Positions 37,514-51,399 of a stretch of 64,000 nucleotides of DNA are shown one piece after another. Location: the NCBI RefSeq assembly GCF_006345805.1, contig NC_043011.1, forward strand, positions 23,076,464 to 23,140,463. Direction: 5' to 3'. The first letter of the stretch is position 1. Each line of letters begins with the position of its first letter. The position numbers and the translations under genes were made by a program. The notes under the pieces were generated by a model. The model made no database searches. It saw only the letters and a list, made by a program, of their open reading frames with translations, and had not been told where the DNA came from. The stretch is from Octopus sinensis. Its lineage: Eukaryota.

Positions 37514-38029
37514 ACGTACATGATAATATAGAAAAATAAGGTTGTCTGAGATTTCTTTCCCATTGATGCAAATATTTCTTAGTGTTTATCTAGGGCAGTG
37601 TGAATAACTATGAGAAAATTGAAATGTCATGCCGAGTACTTCATTATCTTGTTCCTTTTTTTTTTATCCTTGATAAAATGTAAAATATATTTATCCATCC
37701 ATATAAATTTGAGATAATTCCCATAACCCTTGGGAATGGGTATTTGTTGGCTTAGTTATAAAATTCTTGTAAATGTGTAAAAAAAAAATAGAGAAACAAA
37801 TTTTTGTCCTAATGGCAAATCAACACAATTCTTTTTTATTTATAAGAAAAGTCATTCAGCGTATGATTAAGATTGCTTGATGATGTGAAACTCTATGACT
37901 TAATTAAATGCCAGGGGTCAATTAAGATTCAAGAACAAGTTAGGTTCTTTTCGTTGTCATTTAACTGGAAATCAATCCTTATTGAGCAGACATTATGTTT
38001 AAAGATGTTCCAGTTGTGATCAACCAATA

Positions 38030-38063
<34 letters not shown>

Positions 38064-38354
38064 CAGAAATAGTGAATTCAAAACCACATTATCCAATGTC
38101 TCCATCCTCTTTTATGTTGCTAACAAGTCGTTTGAGGATAGTTTGGTTACTATTCTATTTCCTCAAGCACCAACATAGTGGAAATGTGCTTGGGCCCATA
38201 TCAAGTTATTTGGAGGAGTCCTAAACTTTATGTCTGAAACAAAATTCTTCAAACAAGTACTTAACAGTTTCTTTCTTTCTTTTTTTTTTCTTGCTTTTTT
38301 GCACATATGCTAAAAAGGAAGGAATTCAGTCATCTTAATACATAAAAGTACATG

Positions 38355-39660
38355 TACAAGGGTGGTACCGAAAGCCATGCAAAAGTAGCTTTAACTTTTT
38401 ATTAACTGATATAGGTCGTTCAAAGCACACATGTTATGTTAATAGAGTAATTCTTCCTCTACAGTAACCCTTCTTTCTCTTCTTCATTGCAGGCAAATAA
38501 TGGGTTCTAAGCAGAAGCAACATGTCGTCATTGAGTCCTTGCTGAAGGAGGGGTGCAGACTTTTTCGAACATGTACATGTTTAAGATGACACCATTGTCA
38601 AGAGTTATGGATGAAGTTTAAAGGCGATGAGCTGGCAGAAACATTAGCACGTCGGGCGAAATGCTTAGTGGTATTTTGTCTGCCGCTACGTTCTGAGTTC
38701 AAATTCCGCCAAGGTCGACTTTGCCTTTCATCCTTTCGGGGTCGATTAAATAAGTACCAGTTACACACTGGGGTCCATATAATCGACTTAATCTGTTTGT
38801 CTGTATCCTCTGTGTAGCACATTGTGGGCAGTAAAGAAATAAGATGGATGAAGTTTAAAGGAGAGACAAAGCAAACAGTTGAAGATTAACTGATACCACT
38901 GACACAAATCACCAGCGAATGAAAGGACATGGGTCAGAATCTGAGCTTATTACACGATTCGACTGTCATCACAATGCTTTACAGAAGATGAGAGAAGACT
39001 TTATGTATCAGAAAGTGTGTTGAAAAGTGGGTATATCAGTACTTGACACCTGATTTGAAGGCGAGAAATGTGGAAGTGGAAGTCTGCTTTGAACTATTGA
39101 AAGCATTTGAAGCCAATGGCGATGCATTTTTTCTGATCTGGTGACAAGGGATGAAACGTGGTTGAATCTTTGATCCAGAAATGAAGGATCACTCCATGGA
39201 ATGGCATTACACCTCTTCTTCAAGGGCCAGGAAATTCAAGAGCCAGTGATCGACATAAAAAGTCATGGTGACTGTGTTTTGGAATGACATTCTCATGATT
39301 TTCTGAAATGTGGCTGTACCACGAGCGATACTTTGAGACACTCAAAAATGTTATAGAATCCATTAGGAGCAAGTGAATGAACAAAAAATTTGAAACATCC
39401 ACAATGAAATTGCACAACCACATTCATCTTTGAGAATAAATCAGGCAATCAACAAACTAAATTGGTCAGTAATCCTCCATCACCATACTGCCCGGATCTC
39501 GTGTCCTCCAGCTTCACCTGTTCAGTTCAAAGCAAGGAAATATTTGGGGACAATTTGATGACATAGACAAGGTGCAAGTGGCTGTGAAGAAGGTGGTTAT
39601 AAAGTGCACAATGAACTGGGTCAGGATTGGAATGCTTTTGATGATATTAAATTGAAAAAC
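38355..39660 (+). mobile_element. Decayed mariner (DD34D) transposon
   Basis: TIR-like tacaagggtggtaccgaaa. Peptides KWVYQYLTP (WVP motif), VTRDETW, FDPEMK..SMEWHY, KVMVTVFWND and YCPDL (YSPDL motif). Many stops and frameshifts. Confidence 0.85.
38621..38843 (+). mobile_element. tRNA-derived SINE family D inserted in the mariner
   Basis: Head ggcgatgagctggcagaa...gagttcaaattcc, core gactttgcctttcatcctttcggggtcgat. Duplication atggatgaagtttaaagg at 38607-38624 and 38844-38861. Confidence 0.85.
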
Positions 39661-39829
39661 ATGTCAAAGTATGGGTATCCCGGATAGTAAAACCTGGGAT
39701 GCTCTATGTTGTACTCACAAAGAGGAGATATGTATATAGGCCAAAGAGCTCAACATGAGTAATTATTGATACTCTATCAATACAAGAGGTGAAATGCTAA
39801 ATCAGTATAAGTTATTGTCCACTTAACTA

Positions 39830-41570
39830 TAATCTGTAAATAGAGACACAAGCAACAAGTGAGTCATCAGGGCATTAAGAAAGTCAAATCTTAGTAGTTT
39901 GCTCCATGAATCTGCCATACATGAGCCATACATGAAGTATGCCTTCTCTGTTATTTCACATCTTTCTTGCATCCATATGGAGTCTAGTCTATACCTATAC
40001 CTTTTGGGTATATCAAGCATGGCCATTTCTGACAATACCAAAGTCCTGTCTTCTTTCCTAATTACTAAAACCTTAGTCTTTGCTTAGTTTACCATAAAAC
40101 CGCTCAATTCTAGGTTTTACTTCTATACCTGTAATTTCTTCTCCAATTCTATGTGATCCAGCTGTAAGAACCAGATTATCAACATACATCATTTCCACTG
40201 TGATGGTCAGTATATTTAGGATAAATAAGAGTACTGAGCTTTGATGAACCACTACATTCGTGATAAATTTGTTGCTAAACTCATCAGTAACTCTACTTTA
40301 ATGATTGCACCTTTGTACATAACTTGAGCAGCTTTCACAAGGTGTTCATCAATAGCTAGTTTCCTTAATGACCAGAAGTTTAAAGTATGGCACTTTATCA
40401 AAGACCTTCAAGTTAGAGAATGAAAGATACAATAGTTTCTGCCAAGTGAGCCTTTGTCATTTCAAATATAAATAATCCAATGACATCTTGGTTTTCTCTA
40501 ACACTGTCTTGTGATCCTGAACACAATATAACATGTGCAAGTCTCTTCTTTTCTGCTTCTTCCCTCAGCATATTGTCACCTAGCTTCCCTAATAGCTACT
40601 TCATAATGCTCTCTACTTCTATCTTTCTTCCATAATTTCCAAACCTGTTTTTACAGCACTATTACTGTGTTATTCTATCACCTTCGGTTTGCTTGCGATC
40701 TTACATCAGCCACACATTTGGTCTGTAGTTTTCAATAGATTATTTCATATCTATCTCCTCCCTAGTCACATACATCACTTAGAATTTCACTGAAAATATG
40801 ACCAAATGCAGATTCTTTTAGCATCTGTATCGACAAGTCATTCACCACAAAAGTTGAGGCATTTACAATGGCCTGACTATCACGTTTCTTAATGAGAGGA
40901 GATAAGATCTAAGACTTGCTTGCCAGATTTGTAGGTGATGTAAGGCTGGTCAATTTCTGAAGTATGTGCAGTAAACTGTTGGAGAGCAGTTGCTTCACAG
41001 AACTCCAGGAGGATTTACATTTCTCTAGAAGCCATCGTGGTTTTGACCAACATGCCTGTTAAAGTCACTAATCACAATAAGGAAGTCATAATTGTTGTTG
41101 AAGAAGCCCACAGAAAGGTCTCATAGGAAAGTACTTCTGTTCATCTGTCAATCCTGATTGTAGATCGTGTGCAAAGATAAATGTTGCTGTTCTCTTAATA
41201 CTCTTGTCTGGATTATCCCATCCCTCACTTTAACTCAGTTGCTTTATCTATCCATTTCTCGGCAAACACTATGGCTACACCTTTTCTACATCACTGTTAC
41301 TAACCCAGAAGAATTTGTATTGCTGCTTTTTGGCAGTGATTGTTTTGGCTGAGGATCCTTTCCATCATATCTCTTGCACACAGCCACTCAAGCATCTCCA
41401 CAATCTCACCAGAGCTTACCTTTCATCATGCCTACACTAAGGACTGCACATATCTTGCTGACAGCTTTAATTGAAATGTTATCAATCACTCAAACTCAAG
41501 TGCTTTGCTACACAAGTTGTTGTAAATACTGTTTACAACTGTCATCAATATGGTTGTTATATTTAGATAT
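39830..41570 (-). mobile_element. Decayed RTE-clade LINE (endonuclease + RT)
   Basis: Minus-strand peptides KVFDKVP, WSLRKLAIDEHLVKAAQVMY, MYVDNLVL and AKTKVLV align with the RTE copy at 54315-55700. Confidence 0.8.
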
Positions 41571-42047
41571 ATATGTACGTACACATGTGCACATGAATAT
41601 TTACTTTCTGTGTCAGCAGTGATGTCAGGTTATACTTGGTAATAAAAACTGGATTACAGACTAGACTTGTTGGGAGATTAACTCACTAAGTAATTGGTAG
41701 CCATCATTAGTTTAATGTAGTTTAAGAAAATGTATCAAAGTAAGGATCAAGATCAATTACTACAAATAATTCAAATAGGGAAACTAACAAAAAAAAATAC
41801 AAACAACATTAATTTAACCAGAGTCTGTTTTATTTATATAGAATTTGATACATATTGGCCTTGGTTGTACACAATGTTTTGGGAAATTTTATTATTCTGC
41901 TAGATGATTTCTTTTTTGAGGGACATTTGACAGCATATGCACACATACACACACATATTTTTACATACCAGATAACTATATATGCATGCATGCGTGTGTG
42001 TATTTTCCTACACATATTAGTAATAAATGTATGCATATATATGTATG

Positions 42048-42101
<54 letters not shown>

Positions 42102-43191
42102 CACACACACATGTATATATCTATATGTATACAGCCATATATATGTTTACATGTCTGTGTGTGTGTGTATATATATATATATAAAATGCATGTATGAAGA
42201 GCTAAGATATCAAAGAATACATATAAAAATTTATGGAATCAAACAAGAACAATGACAAAGAAAACCGAATGTAACTCATCATTCTCATTCTATAACAAAA
42301 CTACACTTAACCTAACACCAGGTTAGTACTATCACCTGGCCTATGAGTGCCTATTCAGGTCAAGTTGTTGGTCTGTGAAATTTACTAGTTCCTCAGGTTC
42401 TAAAAAGAGATTAGGGAGTACTTCACTTCCTATGCTAAACTACTAGGGAAAAAAAATACTAACAAACATTACTGTGTCAGATAAAGACTTGCAGTGGTGT
42501 ATGTTGGCCAGATAAGAAAATCTATTCAATAACTAAATAGTTTTAAAGTGACTATGAGAATTCTAATATTTTTTTTTAACATTAATATTATCCACTTCAT
42601 ATTTCCTTGATTTTGATTTCTTTCATCTACAGGTAACGTACACCTTCCCATGCTTGGATTTGATCCAAACTTTAAAAAGTTCATGGAAAACTGCAGTGCA
42701 GAATTGTATTGGTACTATCAGAGAAAAATGAGAATCATGCCAAAATTGTTCTTTACTCTTGAAGTTAGGAGCTTTACATGACTATTGTACATGATAAATA
42801 TTTTAAAATTAATAGAAATAAAGAACAGCCTCATAGATATGACAACTTGATAAATCTACCTGCTAGATTAAACACATTAACATAGAATATCTAAATGAGA
42901 TGAAAATATTGCTTAAGATCATTTTTAATTAAAAACAAGAGGAGATTAACCTAAGTAATGTTATCTACTACATTTATCATCATTTAAAAAAAATTGTTTT
43001 ATTTAAAATTGTTCTTAATCACGCACTTAGAGATAAACAAAACCATAGTTAATACTAAAAATACTACTAATAATCACACACACGCAGAAAGAAATAAGTA
43101 CACCAACTTTTTTTTTTCCATTTATGTCTGAGAAGGAAAAAAAATGAAAGTACTTTCTGAACAAAAATGTTAAAAAGCCATGTAAAGAGAT

Positions 43192-43765
43192 AACTCCAAT
43201 GAAGTAAAAACACTTCGGGAATTTTCGTTGTATGGCACAAGAAAATTACAGAGGAAAAAAATCTAGAGTTATGAGAAGTGAAGCACAAATCAAATATTAA
43301 TCATTTTAATTACTGAGGAACATGATGGATGATAGCATTGTGCTAATTGACTGAAGACGTTCTAGCTACAACCTACTAGAAGACATGCAAAGATCTTCAG
43401 CCATACAAAAAAATCCAACTGCAATCAGTGAGACAGCCTCTACATGGTTACTTGACTTGCTAGAAACAGCAACCAAAAACTCCAATGAAAGTAAAAACAC
43501 TTCGGGAATTTTCGTTGTATGGCACAAGAAAATTTACAGAGGAAAAAAATCTAGAGTTATGAGAAGTGAAGCACAAATCAAATATTAATCATTTAATTAC
43601 TGAGGAACATGATGGTTGATAGCATTGTGCTAATTGACTGAAGACGTTCTAGCTACAACCTACTAGAAGACATGCAAAGATCTTCAGCCATACCAAAAAA
43701 ATCCAACTGCAATCAGTGAGACAGCCTCTACATGGTTACTTGACTTGCTAGAAACAGCAACCAAA
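43192..43765. repeat. Direct tandem duplication, ~286-bp unit x2
   Basis: aactccaatgaa...gaaacagcaaccaaa at 43192-43477 and 43478-43765; five differences seen. Confidence 0.95.
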
Positions 43766-44729
43766 TCTCCATTTAGGGGATACAAAGAAAAAAAGAGACA
43801 GGGATGTTGATGATTGGAATGCCTTGAACATAGGCCTGTTCAGCAGGATAACTTAGGGCTAAATAGCAACATTGTGACTAACAGGAGAGCCTCATCATAG
43901 TTACTCACTCTGTTAGAAACAGCAGCAAAATTTATCTAAAAAAAAAAAAAAGTGACATTATCTAATGTAATCTCAATAAAGACAGCATGATTAAAGTTTC
44001 ATGTCTTGAGTATATGTGTACTTGATCAGGGTTTGACTTGGGACAGGCTTCTAAACCAACCTTGAAGAATGAAGGTTATGATCGTGAACATACAAAAAAA
44101 AAACAGTTCAAACATTTTTTATAAGTTTATAGTCTGGTGTGAATAAATACAAACTTTTCTACAATATAATAACCAATCAAGCAACTACTTCATTAAATTT
44201 GGGTGTACATATATCTCTTTAAAAACTTTTTGAGCAACTATGCATAAAATTTTAAAATTATTCATGGTAATTGGTCCAGATTTAAGATGTCAGCTATGAA
44301 ACATCTATAAAACTTTTTTTAAATTAATGGCTCATTAATTTAACACAGACATTCACATTGCAAAGATATCTTTAAATAATCTATTCCATTATATGTACTT
44401 AAAAAAAAATAAAACTGACTGACACTTTCACAATACACTCATGCAACCTTATACAATTTAGAAAGTTACTAAGCAATTGCCTTGGTAACAAATTCCACTA
44501 AGCTGAGCAGGTGTCTGACAAACAAACAATGACATAGATTTAAACACAACCAGCACACCCGCCTGTTCTGCACACAAAAAAGCAGTGTTGACTGAATCAA
44601 TCCCCCTCATATACTGCTACTCGACTACTTCCTTTACTAACCTTAGAGGAATAAAGTTAAATTGATTCTGATTGGATTTAATAGATAGGGCCAAAACTCT
44701 CATGTTAACAACATACAAAACATCTCTAT

Positions 44730-44895
44730 TATATGAATATAAATCGATTTCAGTATTCAACTGATAACTTTTTTTTATTGACCCTGGAAAGATACAAAGC
44801 AAACTGGCTTCGACAGGATTTGAACTCAGAATGTAAAAAGCTGCAAACTAAATATTGCAGAATTTTGTCTGATGCTCTCCTGATTCTGCCAGCTG
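44730..44895 (-). mobile_element. Diverged SINE family D
   Basis: ggatttgaactcagaatg...gattctgccagct is the reverse complement of the 38621 head. Confidence 0.6.
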
Positions 44896-45462
44896 GGAAA
44901 GAATGTAGCAGATCAAGCCAAAATGATATTTTGTAGCCACGATAGTCTGAATGTAACTATCATGAGAGGAGGATAGGTTAATATGAGGGTAATTTGTACA
45001 GGATATAATTAGTTTGTTTTTTTTTTGAAAAACAAAATATTATATTAATTGTAGCTTTGATAATGGTGTTTATGAGGGGAAAACGTCTAATAAGGCTATA
45101 ATGGCAGTCAGGGGTAGAGTGGAAATGGATGGGGAGGGCATTCTCATAAGATAAATAAAAGCTTATCATTTAATAGCTGATGCCTGTTATAATCAATATA
45201 GCCACACAGATATAAAAAGTAGTTTCAGACAATATAAACTTATGAAGAAGTAGATTATTAATGTATATAACTGAGAAAGAAAGAAAAGATGAAATGTAAA
45301 TGAATATGATTATTCATAAAATTTCACTAAATTTTACAATTAAAAAAATAAATAAAAATGTTGAGGGTATGGTAATATGGAGATTTTGAGGCTATTTTTC
45401 TTTCCTTCTTTTCCTTTTTATCAGAACCACTGGCTTCAGTTTGACAGAATAGACTACATATT

Positions 45463-45568
45463 TCAGCAATTCTGCACACCAGGTGCTTTGCGTACTTTTA
45501 CTGTGCCGTCAGCATTGCCAAAATATGCTACTTTCGCCAAATTCAAGACAGACCAGTTTCAACAACAC
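45463..45568 (-). CDS. RPIA: Ribose-5-phosphate isomerase A, last exon (1-nt deletion near start)
   Basis: Acceptor ctttcag, then (G)VVETGL[t-c]LNLAKVAYFGNADGTVKVRKAPGVQNC*, matching the RPIA C-terminus GVV(D/E)TGLF...YFG..DG.V. Confidence 0.9.
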
Positions 45569-46201
45569 CTGAAAGATAACAGAAAATAAATAAAAAAAGA
45601 ATTGTAAATAACAAAACGCAAACATCTTCAATTTGATTTCAATGCTTATCCTCATGGTTATGAATGTCTGGTAATGACTGAAAGAGTATGTGCGAATACT
45701 AATGGCCTAAACAGGGTTTCTCTGAAGGATTTCTAGAGTAACGTTACTCTACAGGGTATTTAGCTTGGAGATCAAAGAGTCTTTCCAGGTCAAACCACTC
45801 CTCTGGTACTATAGACATGAGGTTAACTATTGAAGGAAAACGGATTTCTTCAAGTTGAGACAACTGGAGAAGCCCTAAGGGTGAAGCAAGAACAAGATAG
45901 TTGGAATAATATCCACAGTCTCAGTTGGTTACACTTGGGATTCCAGCAAGAAAGTGTAAATGATAACTGCTTTTTATAGTAGTTATGGAGAAAGCACTTT
46001 GAGGATTTTACTCCTGTTATCCTTCCAGAAATAGTGGGCAGAGAAGATGGATGGATGGATAGACTGTATCAAACGAGGTAGTAGCAGTGGTATAACGATC
46101 ATATCTAGTTATCTACCAATATCTGGATTTACTGAACTCTTTCGACTGATTCATATCAAAGTTTGACTTTTTGCTCACTTGGAATGTCCCCACCATATTA
46201 A

Positions 46202-46417
46202 CCCTTTGTCACAGTATTATTTTGAGATGCTCTGCGTTTCTTTCAATTACTTAAATATAACAAAGAATTTAGTAAAATAACTTAGTTATCATTCAGCTAG
46301 TGTTAGGGAACATAAACTGTGACTAAGGTTTGGTGGAAGATTTTAATTCAAAATTTATGGAAACAGACATTTGTACTCAGGCCAGAGCCAGTTTCAGCCA
46401 GGTTGGTAACAAAAGGG
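46202..46417. mobile_element. piggyBac-type MITE
   Basis: TTAA|ccctttgtcac ... gtaacaaaaggg|TTAA. A second, truncated piggyBac-like MITE follows at ~46426-46640. Confidence 0.8.
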
Positions 46418-46689
46418 TTAAATCATTAACCTTTAGCATTCAGACAACTCTGTCAAATGCAATGCTGATTTTTTCACATTCATTTGAATTAGTCATGCAT
46501 TATCTTGTAACTTTGAGCTTTCAATGACATGATTGTTTATTTCTAGAATAATACTGTAGGTAAGTGTAAGAGGCCAGATCTGGTTAGTTTGAACATAAAA
46601 CTGATAAAATATTTTGGCCGGAATATAGCTGGTTTAAATACTATTATTCTATCGCTCAGTTACCACTCCGTTTTTACGGGGGGAGGGGG

Positions 46690-46830
46690 CCAGTCAATTA
46701 CATCAACCCTAATACCCAACTGGTATTTATTTTATCGACTACAAAAGGATGAAAGGCAAAGTCAACCTCAGTGGAATTTAAAGTCAGAGTATAAAGACAA
46801 ATGAAATTTTGTTGAGCATTTTGCCCAGCT
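46690..46830 (-). mobile_element. SINE family D fragment
   Basis: tggtatttattttatcgac...ggatgaaaggcaaagtcaacc is the reverse complement of the family D core. Confidence 0.7.
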
Positions 46831-47069
46831 ACAAGCAGATATAATCGACCCACTGTGGTAGCTCATCCAGTAGGAAATAACAACCAAATTTCTTGCCAAG
46901 ATATACCCCTAAATAAAGATTGTGTGGTCATGGCTGGAATAACTCTGATAATAATATCTGCTTGATCAGAATTGGTCTGGGGTGGCGGAACACACCCACC
47001 AACAACAAACAAAATGGAATGTAATTACTTGATGTATTTTAGAAAGGTGCATGTCCAAATTAGATTTAC

Positions 47070-47170
47070 CTGGAATCAATTTAATTGCAGTATTCACCTC
47101 CACCCAGTCAGCATGTTCTTCAAATAGCCAATCAAGGACAAAATTACCATTATCAGTAACAATTGGGCCC
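47070..47170 (-). CDS. RPIA: Ribose-5-phosphate isomerase A, penultimate exon
   Basis: ttgcag|g GGC CCA ATT... gives GPIVTDNGNFVLDWLFEEHADWVEVNTAIKLIP G|gtaaat. The GPVVTDNGNF signature is present; one extra G at the exon start. Confidence 0.95.
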
Positions 47171-47269
47171 CTGCAATAGAAAAATATAAATACATAAATG
47201 TTTTACCCTTTCGTGGCTATATTTCTTACAAAATACCATGTTTTTTTTTTTTTTTTTGGGGGGGGGGGG

Positions 47270-47625
47270 TCATCATCATCATCACCAATTCATTTTCCAT
47301 GCTGGCATGGGTTAAATGGGTTGAGTGGAACTAGTAAGCTGAAGAGCTGCACCAGGCTTTAGTCTGTTTTGGCTGGTTTCTACAGCTGGATGCCCTTCCT
47401 AATGCCAACCACCCCATAGCGTGTACCAGGTGTCTTTTACGTGTCACCAGCACTGGCTACAACTATGATTTCACTTAGCTTGATGTATCTTTTCAAGCAA
47501 GGAAAATTGCCTAAAGTCTTGGTGACTTCTCATCATCTCCATGAGACTCAACATCCAAAGATCATATTTCACACATTTCATCCATATCTTCCTGGGTTTA
47601 CTCTTCCACAGGTTCTCACCACAAT
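47270..47625 (-). mobile_element. RTE LINE 3' fragment with (GAT)n tail
   Basis: catcatcatc...tttccatgctggcatggg...ggatgcccttcctaatgccaacc 3' UTR plus ORF end. An opposite-strand tail lies at ~47690-47930. Confidence 0.7.
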
Positions 47626-48457
47626 TAGAGATCGGCACTTCTTTACACATACACACACACACCACACAACAAATGTGTGTGTGAGTGTATTAATGTTTCC
47701 TTGCTTTGGCATCAACATGACAGTTGTAAGAGAGTTTCACTGTCGCTCATTTCCAATCTTCCATGGAAACATGTCTGGTCACAGGGAAATATTACTCTAC
47801 TCAGAAACAGGTGAGGGTTGGCAACTGGAAGGGCATCCACCCATAGAAAATCCACCTCAACAAATTAGGTCCACTCATGCAAAGCAAGGAAAATGTATGT
47901 TAAAACATTAGTTGATGATGATGATGATGAATCAACATTTTTATGACTACAACAAGTTAGTGTTTGCAACAAGGAAGTCTATATAGGGCTTCAATTTCAA
48001 TATGGATATTTTTAAAACAAGCTTTATATCACAGAGCTAGAAGTGATCACAAATAAGTAGGTGCCAAACACATGAAATTTCATGTTAAAAGTCACATTTT
48101 ACTTTAACAACCAATCAGAATTCTGTTTACATAGTCAGTTTGATCGTCACCTTCCTCTGTTGGTTGAGCAAAGTGTATTCAAGTTGATGTTTATTGATAA
48201 ATAAACTTATTTAGCAATACTTGTGAGTATTTATCAGCTTTGTTTTTGTGATAGGAATTATCAACAACTTTTCCTGTGACTGTGATTTGAGAAGACATAC
48301 AGAAGTATGCTATAATATAATGTATGTATGTATGTATATATATATATATATATATACATACACACAAATATAATATACATACATACACACATACACATAT
48401 ATGTTCATATATATATGTTTTTATATACACACACCACACACACACACACACACCACA

Positions 48458-48605
48458 GGGCTTGTTTCAATTTCCATCTGCCAAATCCACTCAAAAGGGG
48501 TTGGTCAGCCTGAGGCCATAGTAGAAGACACTAACCCAAGGTGCCACCCGTGGGACTGAACCTGGAACCATGTGGTTGGGAAGCAAGCCTTCACCACACA
48601 ACCAT
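48458..48605 (-). mobile_element. SINE family C, head half
   Basis: Matches 24245-24395. Confidence 0.8.
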
Positions 48606-48651
48606 AATAAAGTATTTACACATTTTACATACACAAATCATAAATACTTAC

Positions 48652-48791
48652 AGCTTTTACTCAGCCATTCGTAGTTAAGCCACTCCACCAAGCATAGCTT
48701 CATTTTTAGTTTCACTGGTCGATAAGCAACTGGCAAGACTTCAATAGGAACTCCACGCTTCCACTTTTGGCCAAGGTTTTCAGAATCTTTT
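48652..48791 (-). CDS. RPIA: Ribose-5-phosphate isomerase A internal exon (disrupted)
   Basis: ttgtag|A KDSENLGQKWKRGVPIEVLPVAYRPVKLK[at-]EAMLGGVA*LRMA...gct|gtaagt. Matches RPIA RKDS..LG..W..G.PIEV.P.AY and GG..ELRMA. Contains a frameshift and an in-frame TAA. Confidence 0.95.
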
Positions 48792-48924
48792 CTACAATAG
48801 GCATAAAGAAAAAAATTTGTTTTCACTTTGTAATCCAGATAATAAATAATTATTCAAAATATAGATATATATTTAAAAAAAAAAATAAAAGAAGTTACAT
48901 ATATTGAATTGAATATATAAATGC

Positions 48925-49115
48925 ATCATCATCATCATCATCATCATCGTTTAGCGTCCGCTTTCCATGCTAGCATGGGTTCGACGGGTCAACTGGGGTC
49001 TGTGAAGCTGGAAGGCTTCGTCAGGCCCAGTCAGATCTGCAGTGTTTCTACGGCTGGATGCCCTTCCTAACGCCAACCACTCTGCGAGTGTAGTGGGTGT
49101 TTTTTATGTGCCATG
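48925..49115 (-). mobile_element. RTE-type 3' UTR/tail fragment
   Basis: (CAT)n gtttagcgtccgctttccatgctagcatggg...; reverse complement of 52620-52790. Confidence 0.75.
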
Positions 49116-49293
49116 CATAATACCGTTATATTCGTGAGTGGGGAGTATGTGTGTGTGTATGTGTGTGTGTATATATATAATATATATATATATATATAAT
49201 ATATATATATGTAGGTCCGGGTTGATTCGGGTTAACCACAGTAAATAAGGTACTCAATACATAGTAGAGTAAAATAATTTATTATATAGAAGG

Positions 49294-49343
49294 AGCTTCT
49301 ACAGGACTAGAACTGTTTCATTCAAAGAAATCTTCAGGAAGCT
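49294..49343 (-). ncRNA. Type I hammerhead-ribozyme-like motif
   Basis: Minus strand: agcttc CUGAAGA uuucuuugaau GAAA cag uucuaguc cug UA^ gaagcu. 6-bp stem I, 3 bp + A-U stem III, weak stem II. Confidence 0.6.
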
Positions 49344-49574
49344 AGTTAACAAGAATTGTATTGGCATTTATACATTTAGGCAGGTTAAAGGGGTGTTGGT
49401 GGGGGACTTTTTGGGGGTAGGCATAGCGCAAAATATCATACTTGGGGGAGTGGTCAAAGAGTCAGTGTTAAATTAGATAGAAGAATAAATAAAAAAATAA
49501 AAAATATATAAAAATATATATAAAAAAAGGGGAATAGAGTTTTAGGTAAATAAGGAGATTCTCACTTATACCTA

Positions 49575-51351
49575 TGCACCTATGTATACATATATACACA
49601 CACATACAAACATATATACATATACATACACACATACGTACACCACACATATAACATATATATACACTTACACATACATACATATCTACACATACACATA
49701 TATGTATACATACACACATACACACACTCACATGCATACACGTATACACACATGTTATATACACACATGTATATATACACACATGACCACACATACATAT
49801 ACACACAGAAAAATATATACACATACACACACATACTCACATACACGCATACACACATATCCACACACACATATGCACACACAGCACACTAGTCCCTATA
49901 TACACATATATACACATACACACACATATACACACACATACATATACATACATATATATATGTATATATATATATACATATGTGTACCTATGCATACCTA
50001 CACATACACACATATTATACACATACAAATACAGACCCATTCCCTAATTTTAATTTTATTATCTTCATTTATTACTTTTGTTATCTTTGATCGCTGGTCA
50101 CAACATCTTGGCTATGGACAGCCAGTCCATTTATCTGTCTACTGGAAAACAAGCACTCATTTACTCATGCACACTCTTTAGCACGTACACTCACTCATTC
50201 GCACACTCATACACATACACGCACGCGTTATATTCATACATACAACATACATCTACATACATTCACGTATATTCACATACGTACGCGTACCTACAGATTC
50301 ATGTCTACACTCTTAGAAGGCTAGTCTATACATATACACCAATAAATATAAATACACACACATACATATACACCTACATACAAATACATACATGTATATA
50401 TATATACATATACATACATATTCCATATATATAACATACACATATATTACATATATATATACATATACATACATATTCACATATATATACATACACATAT
50501 ATATACAATATATATATATACATACATAACATATACACATATCATATATATATATATATACATATACACACACATACACATACACACACATACACATACG
50601 TATACATACATCCATACATACATACATTTATACACATAACACACACCCACACGTATAATATACGTACATATATACGCGCATGCATACACATACAAATACA
50701 TACACATACGCATATACATATACATACATACATATACAATATACGCACACACATACATACATACTCATATACACATACACGCACATACACATGTACATGC
50801 GTACCCATACACACACACACACGCGCATCCATATATACACATAAGTACACACATGCGTAAAAGTATACATATATCTATGCTTACACATACACACACACGT
50901 GCCTCCTTATATTCATACTTACATGCATACTCAAAAATAAGTAAATAGTAAATATATATACGCGCAGTTATTCATACATGCATACTCAAAAAATAAATAA
51001 TAAATATTAAGTATATGTACGTGCAGTTACCTATTATAGACGGATACATACATAAACTTACACACCACACACACACACATATATATATATACATATATAT
51101 ATATATAATATATTATATATATACATATATACACACATATATATACATATACATATATACATATATATATACACACACATATACACATATATATATATAT
51201 ACATACTTACACACATGTACAAATACATACACACATAGATAACTCTACGTACCTACATATACATAACACACGAGCGTACACGTATATATACATATACACA
51301 TACACACGCATATATATACATACATACATACACATACACACATATACACAC

Positions 51352-51399
<48 letters not shown>

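Noticed and set aside
43348-43400. CTGAAGA plus ttctag/ctagaa stem
   Set aside because: No GAAA after the stem and no stem I/III, so not a hammerhead.
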